Notes: generated by a model not told the origin, from the letters alone. Counted from the stretch's first letter, positions 1 through 11,200 are shown. The stretch is DNA of 64,000 nucleotides from Bacteroidota bacterium (GCA_021796275.1 JAJYOI010000003.1:1532-65531); one strand, 5' to 3'. Made by a program: numbers and translations.

Positions 1-831
1 AGCAAGATGAAGCGGCGCACTGTCGTTGGAAATTAAAACGTCGCAGCGGCGAATCAACTCTGCTGATTGAAGAATAGAAAACTTTCCCGCAGCAGAATGA
101 ACGCGCTCTGTTCCGGCAGCATTTTTAATTTCAGCGCACAATTCTCGGTCCTCTTTTCCGCCGATCAAAACAATTTCAATTCCACCTCCGGAAAGCATCA
201 GGCATAATTCAGAAAATCGTTCCGGGAGCCAGCGCTTCGTATTCCAAACTGAACCCGGCGCAATTGCTACCAGCCCGCCGCGGGCAAGTATTTTCTCATC
301 GAGAAAATAACGGTCAACCGCTGAAATATCTTCGGCAGAAGGATACAGCGACGGCAATTCTTTGTCTGCACGTTGAATGCCCAATGCAGAAAGAAATTCA
401 AGATTGCGTTCGACTTCGTGCAGTTCTTTTTTGTACTGTACTTTTTCCGTGAACAACCGCTTACCTGCGCTCGTGGAAAATGCGATGCGTTCCGGAATTT
501 TGCTCCAATACACAACCAACGCACTTCGCAATGAACGATGCGGAACAATGGCAACATCGTATCCCGTTTTTTTCAGCAACCGGCTTATCGCTCTCATTCC
601 GCGAATGCCGCGCTGCGTTTTTCTTTTATCGTACACGATCACGGAATGAATATCGCGATGCCCGCGCAAAATTTCTGCCGCACGCGGCGTCGTCACAAAA
701 TCAATTTCAGCTTCGGGAAATTTTCTGTGAAGGATTTGAACGAGCGGCAAAGTGAGAATAACATCCCCCAAAAAAGCAGTTTGGAAAATAAGTATCTTTC
801 CCAAGGGGATTTTCAACTGCATTTGCTTCAT
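1..831 (-). CDS. waaF: Glycosyltransferase family 9 (LPS heptosyltransferase II-like), 3' end beyond window
   Basis: Manual translation, not in ORF track: MKQMQLKIPLGKILIFQTAFLGDVILTLPL...PHRSLRS...ISNDSAPLHLA. GT9 motifs GDVIL and NDSAPLHLA; ATGA overlap with the stop of the upstream acyltransferase. Confidence 0.85.
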   Translation of the reverse strand, partial: MKQMQLKIPLGKILIFQTAFLGDVILTLPLVQILHRKFPEAEIDFVTTPRAAEILRGHRDIHSVIVYDKRKTQRGIRGMRAISRLLKKTGYDVAIVPHRSLRSALVVYWSKIPERIAFSTSAGKRLFTEKVQYKKELHEVERNLEFLSALGIQRADKELPSLYPSAEDISAVDRYFLDEKILARGGLVAIAPGSVWNTKRWLPERFSELCLMLSGGGIEIVLIGGKEDRELCAEIKNAAGTERVHSAAGKFSILQSAELIRRCDVLISNDSAPLHLA

Positions 832-1745
832 ACTTCTTCAGCCGCTCCGCCAAAAGCGGATGCCGGCGCCTTATCCACATGTTTCCACCGCTTGTGCATC
901 CACAGCCAGTGATCAGGGTAACGAGTGACGTACTGCTCCAGCAGCATTACGTGTCGCTGCGTGAGTTCCCGTATTTTCTCTTCATCAGTTTCGGCGGAAA
1001 TGTTTGTGTCAACATCTGCAAGCTCGATTTTGTACCGTCCGTTTCCCTGTCTGATCAGGAACGCCATCAGAATCGGCGCGCCGGCGCGAAGACTGAATAC
1101 TGCCGGGCCCTTGTGTGTTGCTGCCGGGCGATGAAAATAATTCACAAATAATCCTTCCCGTGGGCCTGATTGGTCGGCAAGCATTGCAACGACTCCGTTG
1201 CTTCGCAATTCATGCAAAATCTCGCGCGGTGCTTTATCCATCACCACCACTTCGTTGCCGAACATTGTCCGCGCTGAATTCATAAAGCGGTCAACAAATT
1301 TATTGCGTTGTTCCTGAACGATGATGGTGAGCGGGTGCCCGCTAAGTAAACCGACAGAAAGAGCGACCAATTCCCAGTTTCCAAAATGTCCGCCGAGCAT
1401 AATCAAGCCTTTTCCCTTCGCCAGAGCTTCATCCATTTTTTGGAGGTCGCTCGTTTCGATAATACTGCGAACTTTCTTCGGCGTGAACCGGGAAAACCAG
1501 AAGACTTCAAGCAAACTAATGCAGAGATTTTGATATGCTGCGCGCGCAACCGTTTCGATTTCAACTTTTGATTTTTCCGGAAATGCATGGCGCAGGTTTT
1601 CAAGCGTAAGTTTTTTTCTGACGGGCATGACATAGAAGATGAGCACGCCGAGAGCATTACCGGCAACACTCACGCTGCGCCACGGTAACAGCCGGACAAA
1701 GAATCCTGCGAAGCGGTATGCAATATACTCGAGTACATCTCTCAT
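828..1745 (-). CDS. lpxL: Lipid A biosynthesis acyltransferase (LpxL/HtrB family)
   Basis: GHFGNWE, LADQ and PDHWLWMHKRWK motifs; adjacent to the GT9 gene. Confidence 0.9.
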   Translation of the reverse strand: MRDVLEYIAYRFAGFFVRLLPWRSVSVAGNALGVLIFYVMPVRKKLTLENLRHAFPEKSKVEIETVARAAYQNLCISLLEVFWFSRFTPKKVRSIIETSDLQKMDEALAKGKGLIMLGGHFGNWELVALSVGLLSGHPLTIIVQEQRNKFVDRFMNSARTMFGNEVVVMDKAPREILHELRSNGVVAMLADQSGPREGLFVNYFHRPAATHKGPAVFSLRAGAPILMAFLIRQGNGRYKIELADVDTNISAETDEEKIRELTQRHVMLLEQYVTRYPDHWLWMHKRWKHVDKAPASAFGGAAEEV

Positions 1746-1752
1746 CGGTTAG

Positions 1753-1781
1753 AAAGTACGAAATGAGCCACGCAGAGTCAA
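1753..1781 (-). promoter_or_regulatory. Sigma70-like promoter for lpxL-waaF (probably leaderless)
   Basis: TTGACT-17 bp-TACTTT, with 7 nt between the -10 box and the ATG. Confidence 0.5.
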
Positions 1782-1811
1782 AAGAAAGTGTGACGGTGAA
1801 TCAATCTTCCC

Positions 1812-1840
1812 TTGAATCCCTCCTCAAAGTGATTTATATT
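1812..1840 (+). promoter_or_regulatory. Sigma70-like promoter for the ABC operon
   Basis: TTGAAT-17 bp-TATATT, ending 15 nt before the ATG at 1856. Confidence 0.55.
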
Positions 1841-1855
1841 CCCGTGTAATAAAAT

Positions 1856-3124
1856 ATGAAAAATTTCATTACAGCATTCCTTTCTCTTCTTATTTTTTCT
1901 TTTGCCGGATGTTCAAAGCAGCCGGCGAAACCGACACTTGAATTCTGGACACTCCAGCTTAGTCCGACATTCGACAACTATTTCAATGCGCTCGTGAAAG
2001 AGTACGAGACGCAGCACCCTGAAATTCATGTGCGCTGGGTTGATGTACCGTACGACGCAGCGGTGCAAAAGCTTCTCGCCTCGATCGCCGCAGGAAACGG
2101 ACCCGATGTCGTCAATCTTTCCTCAGATTTTCTTTCCCGCTTCTATTACATGAATGCCTTCGTAGATTTCGCAGCCTTCACTTCAAAAGAAACGCTCGCA
2201 TCGTATTTTCCGAATGCACTGAACGTTTGCCAATATGAAGGAAAAACAATCGCTGTTCCGTGGTATCTCAACACGTACGTTCTCATCTACAATAAAAAAT
2301 TCCTTCACGATGCCGGTTTCACTGAACAAGATGTCCCGCGAACATTTGTTCAGCTTGCTTCATTTGTGAAAACATACAAAGACCGCACCGGAAAATTTGC
2401 GCTCTTTTGGAACATCGGCAAAGACAGTTACCTCCCGACAATGCTGGAATCCGAAGGTGTGCCGATGACAAATGCCGATGTCACGAAAGCAAATTTCAAT
2501 TCGCTGAAAGGCATCGCGCTTGTTGACGAATGGGTGAATCTGTATCGCGGCGGTTATCTTCAGCGTGAATCGGTCATCAATCGCGGCTCAACGGTCGTTG
2601 AAGCATATCAGTCTGGACAGGTCGCAATGATTTTCACGGGACCGGTATTCCTCCGCCGTATTCACGACAACGCGCCGGAGATTTATCAGGAAACAGGCGT
2701 CGTACCAAGCGTGGTCGGCGCAGCCGGAAAACAAGACCTTGCAACAATGGCGCTCTCCGTTCTCGCCTCCGGCAAACATCCGAAAGAAGCTGTGGACTTT
2801 GCATTGTTCGTCACCAATGCCAAAAATCAAACCGCCTTCAGTAAAATCGAAACGACATATCCATCGGTGACAGAAGCGCTGAAAGATTCCTTCTTCACGC
2901 AGAACGACGGCACGCTTGAAACCGAAGCGCGTATCGTCGGCGCAGAAGAATTACCTGCGGCATTTCAATTAGGTTCTTACAAACAGCATCCTGACTATGT
3001 TCATCTCCACGACATTTTCGATGAAGCGATTCAAAACGCCTGCTTAGGAAGAATGACGACAAAGGAGGCTCTCGACAACGCCGCCGCGAAATGGAACGTG
3101 ATCCTTTCACAACCGCTACGATAG
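1856..3124 (+). CDS. Sugar ABC transporter substrate-binding lipoprotein
   Basis: Lipobox FAGC; SBP_bac_1-like motifs (AAGNGPDVV, AVPWY, YNKKF); followed by two permeases. Confidence 0.88.
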   Translation: MKNFITAFLSLLIFSFAGCSKQPAKPTLEFWTLQLSPTFDNYFNALVKEYETQHPEIHVRWVDVPYDAAVQKLLASIAAGNGPDVVNLSSDFLSRFYYMNAFVDFAAFTSKETLASYFPNALNVCQYEGKTIAVPWYLNTYVLIYNKKFLHDAGFTEQDVPRTFVQLASFVKTYKDRTGKFALFWNIGKDSYLPTMLESEGVPMTNADVTKANFNSLKGIALVDEWVNLYRGGYLQRESVINRGSTVVEAYQSGQVAMIFTGPVFLRRIHDNAPEIYQETGVVPSVVGAAGKQDLATMALSVLASGKHPKEAVDFALFVTNAKNQTAFSKIETTYPSVTEALKDSFFTQNDGTLETEARIVGAEELPAAFQLGSYKQHPDYVHLHDIFDEAIQNACLGRMTTKEALDNAAAKWNVILSQPLR

Positions 3125-3128
3125 CATC

Positions 3129-3974
3129 ATGAGCCGCAGGACTCCATATTTTTTTCTCCTCCCCGCAATCGTCTTTCTCGCGTGGTTCATGGTTGTTCCT
3201 GCGCTGCAAATCTTCTATTACAGCTTTTTGAATTACTCCGTTTTCTCGGCAAGCACGTTCGTCGGCATGGAAAACTACCGCCGGCTTTTTGCCGACGTGA
3301 ATTTCTGGTGGACGCTTCTGAATTCATTCCTCTTCATCCTCGTCACGCCCGTGCTCATGTTCCTCTCTCTTGTGCTCGCTTTGTGTGTACGAAATCTTCA
3401 GCGCGGCACAAAACTGTTTCGCACATTCTATTTCCTGCCGGTCATCACACCGATTGTGATTGCAGGAATTATCTGGCGATGGATCTTTGCTGAAGACACC
3501 GGCATTGCAAATTATTTTCTTTCGCTCCTTTCCATTCCGAATGTTCATTGGCTTACGGAATACCCGACAACGATCATCAGCATTATGCTTGTAACAATAT
3601 GGCGCGGTGCAGGATATTACATGATGATCTTTCTCGCCGGACTGGCATTGATTCCGAAAGAAGTAGAAGAAGCAAGCCTGATTGACGGCGCCACAATCTT
3701 CCAGCAAACGTTTCACATTCTCATTCCGCTGCTGAAACCGACGCTCATATTTATTTTCGTCATCTCATCCACTGCGGCAATTAAAATCTTTACCGAAATT
3801 TACATTATGATTCCCGGCGCTCCCATGGCAAATAAAGCGCTCGTATCTTTCCTTTATCAACAAGCATTCGAACGCTTCGATCTTGGATACGGTTCGGCAG
3901 TCGGCGTTGTACTATTTTTGATTACTTTGTCATTTTCATACGTCAACATCAAATTGATAGAGCAGCGCGGATGA
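3129..3974 (+). CDS. Carbohydrate ABC transporter permease (MalF-like)
   Basis: FVGMENY motif and EAA loop EEASLIDGA; six TM segments. Confidence 0.92.
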   Translation: MSRRTPYFFLLPAIVFLAWFMVVPALQIFYYSFLNYSVFSASTFVGMENYRRLFADVNFWWTLLNSFLFILVTPVLMFLSLVLALCVRNLQRGTKLFRTFYFLPVITPIVIAGIIWRWIFAEDTGIANYFLSLLSIPNVHWLTEYPTTIISIMLVTIWRGAGYYMMIFLAGLALIPKEVEEASLIDGATIFQQTFHILIPLLKPTLIFIFVISSTAAIKIFTEIYIMIPGAPMANKALVSFLYQQAFERFDLGYGSAVGVVLFLITLSFSYVNIKLIEQRG

Positions 3975-4786
3975 AGCTCGCGGGCAAAACACTGATTGTT
4001 CTTCTTCTCACGCTTGGCGCGTTCATCGCCGTCGCACCTTTTCTCTGGCTTCTCAGCACATCATTCAAAGGCACAGAAGAACTCTTCGCCTTCCCGCCGT
4101 CACTGATTCCGAAACATGGTGTGACACAAAACTACTCCGGAGTGTGGAACGCGGTTCCGTTCGGAATCTACTTCATCAACAGCATTATTGTCGCCGCGAC
4201 ATCAATTTTTCTGAACGTCCTCATCTCATCGCTCGCGGGATTTTCGCTTGCGCGCTTCCGCTTCCGCGGACGCAATTTCTTTTTCTTTCTCATCATCAGC
4301 ACAATGATGATACCGAAAGAAGTCATCATCATTCCGCTCTACACCACCGTCCTGCGCATGGGCATGGCAGATTCGCTGCTTGGCGTGATTCTTCCGTTTG
4401 CGGTGGAAGGGTTCGGCATTTACATGATGCGGCTGGCGTTTCTTTCCATTCCGAAAGAAATTGAAGAAGCCGGAATCATGGACGGCGTTTCGTCGCTTCA
4501 ATTATGGTGGCGCGTCATGCTGCCGATGACAAAACCTTCGATGGCGGCGCTGACAATTTTTACATTCATTGGAACATGGGGAGATTTTCTCTGGCCCCTC
4601 GTTGTTCTGAAAAGTCCCGAGCATTATACATTACAGGTCGGATTAAGTTCAATGATCGGAACGTTCGTTGACAATTACCGGTACGTCGCCGCTGGGTCGG
4701 TGCTTGCCATTGTACCTGTCATTATCGTTTTTCTCTTCATGCAAAAATATTTTGAGCGCGGTATTTTTGCCGGAGCAAGCAAGTAA
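3971..4786 (+). CDS. Carbohydrate ABC transporter permease (MalG-like)
   Basis: EEAGIMDG EAA loop, WGDFLWPL motif; ATGA coupling to the previous gene. Confidence 0.92.
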   Translation: MKLAGKTLIVLLLTLGAFIAVAPFLWLLSTSFKGTEELFAFPPSLIPKHGVTQNYSGVWNAVPFGIYFINSIIVAATSIFLNVLISSLAGFSLARFRFRGRNFFFFLIISTMMIPKEVIIIPLYTTVLRMGMADSLLGVILPFAVEGFGIYMMRLAFLSIPKEIEEAGIMDGVSSLQLWWRVMLPMTKPSMAALTIFTFIGTWGDFLWPLVVLKSPEHYTLQVGLSSMIGTFVDNYRYVAAGSVLAIVPVIIVFLFMQKYFERGIFAGASK

Positions 4787-4838
4787 CGCGTTGAAAATTA
4801 TCGCAAAGCCGCTAAGGCACAGAAAGGAAGGATACACC

Positions 4839-5753
4839 ATGCACAAATCAGAAATGGCGTTGAAAACAGTGCTGTTCTACTCGCTCGTCGCTGTGACTGC
4901 AGCATTCAGTCAATCATTGTCACAGACGAAACTCCTGAAGGACAAATTTACATCTCAACTTCACACAATTGCCGATACGTCGAATTGCGTTGTCGGTGTT
5001 GCAATCAAGGATTTGGTAACGGGTGAGCAATTTCTCATCAACGAAAATGAAATCTTTCCGCAGGCAAGCGCAATTAAAATTCACATTCTTGCAGAGTTGT
5101 ACCGGCAGGCGGCAGAAAAGAAATTTTCTCTCGCCGATGTTGTGCCGCTTTTACCTAAATTCAAAGTCGGCGGTTCCGGCATTCTGAATTCGCTTGATAA
5201 CAATGTCTCGATGACACTGCGGGATTACGCCGTGCTGATGATTGTTCTCAGCGACAACAGCGCGACAAATTTACTGATTGACAAAGTTGGAATGGACAAC
5301 GTCAACGCTTCGCTGAAAAAAATCGGCGCGGCGCATACAAAGCTTCAACGTGTGATGATGGACTACAAAGCGGCGGCGGAAGGGAAAGAAAATATCAGCA
5401 CGCCTGCCGATGTGATGATGGTGCTCGAAAAAATGGATGCGGGAGAAATCGTCAACAAAGCCGCGTGCGACGACATGCTTTCCATCATGCGCATTGACAA
5501 AGACGGGCCGCTTCGCAGCGGCATCCCTCCGTCTGTTTCACTGGCAAATAAAGAAGGCGATATTGAAGGCGTACGATGCGATGTCGGCATTGTCGCGCTG
5601 CCGGATCATCCCTATATCATTTGCGTGATGACAAAATTGCTGCTGGTAGATTCAGAGGGACCAGAGATCATCACGGCCGTTTCGCGCGCGGCGTACAATT
5701 ATTTCGAGCGTGTTGCAGATTCGAATGAATATGGAAGAAGAATACCGAGGTAA
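4839..5753 (+). CDS. Serine hydrolase, class A beta-lactamase-related (Beta-lactamase2 family)
   Basis: SxxK (ASAIK), SDN and K-x-G (NKEG) motifs; signal peptide. Start moved to the ATG after AGGAAGG. Confidence 0.8.
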   Translation: MHKSEMALKTVLFYSLVAVTAAFSQSLSQTKLLKDKFTSQLHTIADTSNCVVGVAIKDLVTGEQFLINENEIFPQASAIKIHILAELYRQAAEKKFSLADVVPLLPKFKVGGSGILNSLDNNVSMTLRDYAVLMIVLSDNSATNLLIDKVGMDNVNASLKKIGAAHTKLQRVMMDYKAAAEGKENISTPADVMMVLEKMDAGEIVNKAACDDMLSIMRIDKDGPLRSGIPPSVSLANKEGDIEGVRCDVGIVALPDHPYIICVMTKLLLVDSEGPEIITAVSRAAYNYFERVADSNEYGRRIPR

Positions 5754-5762
5754 ATATAAATC

Positions 5763-6689
5763 CTATTGTTTTCTACCCACAGCAGAAATTTCAAAATGAT
5801 GAACGATCTCTGTCCGCGCGGGATGCGGGGTAACTTTAACAATCTCAAACGAAAGAGAATCTGCAAAGACACGGCATCTCACATAATGAAAAAATTCCCC
5901 TTCGTCCTTTCCTGTGTAAAGATCATTCATAACAGGAGGCGTCTGTTCATTGTGTAATAATCCTCCGCCGCCTCCGACAACGAGAAAATCTTTTCCCTGC
6001 TGACGGAAATGTTCAAACCGGTGCGCATGTCCGCTGACAAATAGGACAGCTTTCTTTGACTGAAAAAATGCCGGCAAAAAATCTTTTCTTACCTCTTCCG
6101 AACCGCTGATTACCTTGCTGTTGGTAAACGGAGGATGATGATCTACTGTGATAATAAAATGCACCGACGTATCGGCTTCGCATTTTTCGAGCATGGAAAC
6201 ATACCATTTTCTCTGCGTAGTAATTACAGACGAATTCAATCTTGAAAAATTCGAATTTAGCAGAATAATCGCCACGTTATCAAATTTCCACAGCGAGTAA
6301 TCAGAAGCAGAGCTTGGAACATATTCTTTGAATCGCTTCATTGCCGTGGAAGGAAGAAACATATAATCGTGATTGCCTTTTGCAGCAATAAATGGAATTG
6401 ATCGCTCACGCAATGAATCGAGAAACGGTAGCACCGGCTTCCACTCACTTTTCGATGAACCGTAGCCGGTAATATCTCCGGCGTGGATCACCGCGTCAAC
6501 ATTTTGCTCTTTCAGAACTGCAGAAAAAATATTCTGCGTCGCTTTTTCATTATTGTTGTATTGGAGATAGAATTTTTCAAACCAAATCGGTGACTGTGTA
6601 TCGCCGACAAAAATAAGCGTGTGTTGCTGAAACTGAGCAGTGAGAAGGAATGGAAGGAGAAGAAGGAATATTGAAAGACGGAGGTTCAC
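5763..6689 (-). CDS. Secreted calcineurin-like metallophosphoesterase
   Basis: GDTQ, HAGD, GNHD, HHPP and GHAH motifs. Confidence 0.85.
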   Translation of the reverse strand: MNLRLSIFLLLLPFLLTAQFQQHTLIFVGDTQSPIWFEKFYLQYNNNEKATQNIFSAVLKEQNVDAVIHAGDITGYGSSKSEWKPVLPFLDSLRERSIPFIAAKGNHDYMFLPSTAMKRFKEYVPSSASDYSLWKFDNVAIILLNSNFSRLNSSVITTQRKWYVSMLEKCEADTSVHFIITVDHHPPFTNSKVISGSEEVRKDFLPAFFQSKKAVLFVSGHAHRFEHFRQQGKDFLVVGGGGGLLHNEQTPPVMNDLYTGKDEGEFFHYVRCRVFADSLSFEIVKVTPHPARTEIVHHFEISAVGRKQ

Positions 6690-6690
6690 G

Positions 6691-7143
6691 TTACTCTAGT
6701 TTAAACCATGATAGATCGCCAATAAATATTTTACCATACGTTCCAACTTCATGGAACATAGTCTGATGGTCTATGTAAGTAAAATTATAATAAGGGAGAA
6801 CGAACATGCCTCCAAACGGAATGACAGTGAAGCCAGTTTTATTAAGGCTTGGGCTTCTAAAAAAAGTGGGACCAATATCAATTCCGCCAACACGATACAT
6901 ATATTCCAAGCCGATATGATACTTTGCATTATCTCTGAAAATATCATAGTCATAGACTATACCATATCTTGAATCAGTAGTTAAACTTACAATGACGATT
7001 GACACTTCATAACCAAGTGTAAAACCGCCTTGGTTGCCAAACGTATACCCAATTTTCAATCCTGGGCAAACAAAAATTAATTCTGATTCACACGATGAAT
7101 GAAAAGAAATCGCGAAAAAACTCAAAAGAAATATTTTCTTCAT
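6691..7143 (-). CDS. Hypothetical secreted beta-rich protein
   Basis: Signal-peptide-like N-terminus; AT-rich; co-oriented with the operon. Confidence 0.6.
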   Translation of the reverse strand: MKKIFLLSFFAISFHSSCESELIFVCPGLKIGYTFGNQGGFTLGYEVSIVIVSLTTDSRYGIVYDYDIFRDNAKYHIGLEYMYRVGGIDIGPTFFRSPSLNKTGFTVIPFGGMFVLPYYNFTYIDHQTMFHEVGTYGKIFIGDLSWFKLE

Positions 7144-7167
7144 ACTATTTCACATTCGAGAGGAAAA

Positions 7168-8190
7168 TTAAAACTTCACTCCGACCGAAAAGTACTGCAC
7201 AGACTGCAGCCGTCCGAAATCCTGATACGCATAATCGAAAACAACTCCGAGCGAGCCTTGAAGTGTGTAATTCAATCCACCGCCGAGCGTCAGCCCCTGC
7301 TCTCCTCCCCGCTCAAACGCCGATTTCCATCCGGCACGCACTGAAACCATTTCCGACCATGAATATTCGATGCCGCTGTTTACGTATTCTGTGTTATCGT
7401 TCGGATGAACGGCGTCAACGGCAAGCGTGAGCCGCGAGCTTTCGTCTTTCATCGCATCTGTTGCAACGCCGACGCGAAACAACAGCGGAAGTTCGTAGCT
7501 GTCCAGGGAGTATTGCGCGTTCACAAGATTCTGATCCCCTGCGCCGGAACGAACAAGCAGCAGCACATCGCGCCCGTCAAGCTGCATCTTCGGTCCGAAG
7601 TTAGACATGCTTGCGCCGATTTTCAATCCGTTCAGCACGGGAGCGTTGAACATCGTTCCGAAATCAACGGCAAACCCGGACGATGATTCGTTCCAGATGT
7701 ACTCACTGAGATATTTGAAATTGAATCCGATAGAAAATCTGTCGGTCAAAGCGCGCGCGTAGGATACGCCCATCATCGTCGCTCCCGCCGTAAATTTTTC
7801 CCCTGTCCCTTCCGGCTCACTCGTCGTCGTTACTTCCATCTCGCCATCGTTCAGCGTGGCGAAGCTTGCAGCGAGCGTTCCAATTCCGTCAACAATAATT
7901 GATGCGGCGGCAACATCATATTTCACGTCGGCAATCCAATTCACATGATTGAATTCCGCCTGGCCGGTCGTCATCTGCGCCAGCCCCGCCGGATTCCAAT
8001 AGATCGCCGCAATATCATCGGAAACTCCGGTAAACGCTCCGCCCATTCCGATAGAACGCGCCCCGACGCTGATCTTCAGGAATTGCGCGGCAGTCGTTCC
8101 TGTTTTTGTAATCGACGGCGCAGATTGTGCGTGAACCGTTACAGCTACACCAACAAGAATGCAAAATGTAAACAACAATTGTTTCATCAT
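7168..8190 (-). CDS. PorV/PorQ-family (UPF0164) outer-membrane beta-barrel
   Basis: TTAAQFLKISVGARSIGMGGAF and AIYWNPAGLA motifs; C-terminal Phe. Confidence 0.88.
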   Translation of the reverse strand: MMKQLLFTFCILVGVAVTVHAQSAPSITKTGTTAAQFLKISVGARSIGMGGAFTGVSDDIAAIYWNPAGLAQMTTGQAEFNHVNWIADVKYDVAAASIIVDGIGTLAASFATLNDGEMEVTTTSEPEGTGEKFTAGATMMGVSYARALTDRFSIGFNFKYLSEYIWNESSSGFAVDFGTMFNAPVLNGLKIGASMSNFGPKMQLDGRDVLLLVRSGAGDQNLVNAQYSLDSYELPLLFRVGVATDAMKDESSRLTLAVDAVHPNDNTEYVNSGIEYSWSEMVSVRAGWKSAFERGGEQGLTLGGGLNYTLQGSLGVVFDYAYQDFGRLQSVQYFSVGVKF

Positions 8191-8220
8191 AGCCTCATAG
8201 CGATTTCGTGTTCAAACTTT

Positions 8221-11200
8221 TCATTTGATCAAGGCAAATTTAACAATGCGCTGCCCCACGCCGGGCGCATCAATGTGGGCGATATACACACCGTAGGCAA
8301 CACCAAGATTATCGCGGTTGAGCAAATCCCAGTACTCGCGGCCATTATCAATACCTGAATCATGTTCAAGCGTCCGCACCAACTCGCCCGACAAAGTAAA
8401 AATGCGAATGGTCGCGCGCGGCGGAAGATGTTCAAAATAAATTCTGCGGCTGCCGCGTGTCGTTCCCGGCAACCGATCGGTCGGTTCGATGTCGTTGACC
8501 GCCACATACGGGTTCGGCACGACTTTGATGCGGTCAAGCGTGCCGGACGCTTTCGCTGCGTCAAACTTCGCCGCAACGGTTTGAAACTGATAGACATCTT
8601 TTGAAGTAAACGGCTGCTGGGTAACAATCCTGAATATTTCTCCGCCGAACTTTTTGTTCAGCGAATCTTTTGCAGAAAAAGTTACTTGATACATTGTGTT
8701 ATTTCCGCTGCCGTACGGCGGTGGAGTGACAAAAATAATCGGTTCGCCGAAATCCCACCGCCCGTCCTTTGCCCCTTTCACAACAGTGGGCTTCGATTCT
8801 AAAATGCGGGCAGTGATCTTTATATTTGCCCGAATAGAATCTTTAGTGACATTGACGATGTGGAATGGAGTGATCACCGGTTTATTGATGGTGTTCGGCA
8901 GCGTATCGCCGTAAGCGTACATACCATTCGCCAGGGTATCGGAGGAATAAAAGAAAATCTGAACATCAAACGGAGCCACTTTGATTGTCCCGATGGTTGG
9001 AAGCCCGACGTGGTAATCAATAGTCTTATTATTATCATTTACCCACGTACTGTTTATCGTATCAAGCGCTAACGGTTGATTCTGGGCGAAAACCTTGATG
9101 CCGTCAAACACCGGATTTGCTTCTTCGTTGTTGATCAGCGTGCTCGGCGGCTGGCCAAAGAAGCGGTATGTTACGTTGAATGGCCCCGTTTTATTTTTCA
9201 TTGCGCCGCTGCCGGTCTTGCGAAGAAGTCCGCGCACGGGATCGAGAACATAGTCCGTGTTCATCGCAAAAACCTGATTGGACTGAGCATCGGAAACGAC
9301 AAAAAAAGAATCAACGGAAACGTTCGTTCTGCCGATCTTCACATAATTCGTATCGAACAAATATACTTGAGATGTGACAGGATCAAGACGCAGCACGGAA
9401 TAGTTCACCGCCGCAATCTTTTTTGTGTCCGTCTGCAGCGAATCGGCAAATGTAATTCCATATTGCGCGTCGCCCGAAATTGCCATGTCGTTAAGAATTT
9501 GCAGCGTGATTCTTCCGGTCGCACTTCCCTGAATATGGTCTGCGCCTTCGGCCGATGCAAATCCCGGCGGCGTGTATCCGCTTGACCGCGGGCCAGGAAT
9601 AACGGCAACCGTGTTCACGTCAAATGTCATCCGCGACGTAATCGGGTCAATGCTGATGCGCTTTGTACACTCGCTCGGCGGATACTGAACGGAATCACCG
9701 TGATCGTACGAGACGACGGCATAATAATATGTCTGACCGTTGATGACATTGTTGGAATCAACATACGAATGGACTAAGCCTGTGTTGTCGCCGAGATAAT
9801 ATGAGACTCCCCGGCCGTCGTACGCTTTGGGCGCGTACCCTTTCCAATAATCGTCAACTGATGCATCCCATTTCCCGTTGCCGTTCAAATCTTTATACCA
9901 TTTTTTGATCGTGTTGTCGTACACAGCGCCGGCAGATCCGCTATCGGCAAACGGTTCGGGCCGTGTTGCAATATCCCATTTTGCGTCCCGCCCTTTTGAA
10001 TCCTGTAACGGCTGTGCGAGAAGCGATGTGCCTTTGCCGTCGGTAATCTGATTGATGTCTGAAAATTGCGGATCAGTGCTTCGGTAAATCACATAGCCTT
10101 CAAAATCTTTTCCCTGAATCGGATCAACGCTATTCTCTGCCTCGCTGTCCCAATACAGTGTCGCTTTGCGATCTCCGGCAACCGCCGTCACAATCGGTTT
10201 ATCCGGCGGACGGATGAATTGATAGTTCTGATTGTAAATGACCTGCACCGTTTGTGCCGTGAGAAGAATATCATCTTTATTTTCTCCCATCAGCAGCGCA
10301 ATGGAGAATCGTTTTATCGAACCGTCGGTGTCTCTTTTTTTCAACGATATTTTCCCGGAGCCGTACAGAAAAGAAATGTCTGTTACTTGCGGAATCGTAT
10401 TGTAGAATCCTTCCTCAAGATGCTGCCACACCAAAGAGTCGGTGCTCAGATTATTGACTGGGTCTGCACCCCATGTCCAACTTCGGAATGCAGTCAAACC
10501 GATCTGATCTGATTCATCGAGATCGGTCAGTTCAAAATTCGGTTCACCCGGATGAAGCGGATCAAGTGTTCCATCCGGCAAGCGAATGCCGGCGGTCGGT
10601 ACACCGTCCCCCTCGCCCGGATCATGCGTATCCGGAACGCCGTCAATGCCGACATCGTCATTCGTTGCTTTCCAATCATGATCGTCGTCAATTCCATTCG
10701 TCTGACTTTCATCAATCATGCCGTCGCCGTCATTGTCAATGCCGTCGTTAGGATTTCCCGGACTCTCTAAAAATTTGCATGCATCATAATGCGTGCGCAA
10801 TCCATAATTGCCGACACCGTCATTATCCCAGAAATACACGAGGCTTCGTGAAAAAACTGCTACCGGTTTTCCTGTGAGCCGGTCAACTGTATCCAACGGG
10901 GAAATAAAAAATCCAAGATCATCTTGTGATTCAGCCGTGTTGATCGGATAGCCGCCGCCGACATCAACATCGCCGTACATGCCGAAGTACACGGTATCTA
11001 AATCGCGCGTGCTGTAATTCTGAACAGTGTAAACAAAGAAAATAGTATTTTGCGCAAGCGCATTGCTCCACTGCAGTGCACGCCCTTCTACTTTCACTCC
11101 TAATCCGCGTAAATGCCGTCCGTCGGAAGCGACTGTATCTTTATAGAACGGAAAATATGCAAACTCACTGTTGTCGCGGTCGTCCATACCCCACAGCACT

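Noticed and set aside
4839..5753. Bona fide class A beta-lactamase resistance gene
   Set aside because: No clear E166 omega-loop motif (ExxLN), KEG instead of KTG, and metabolic context.
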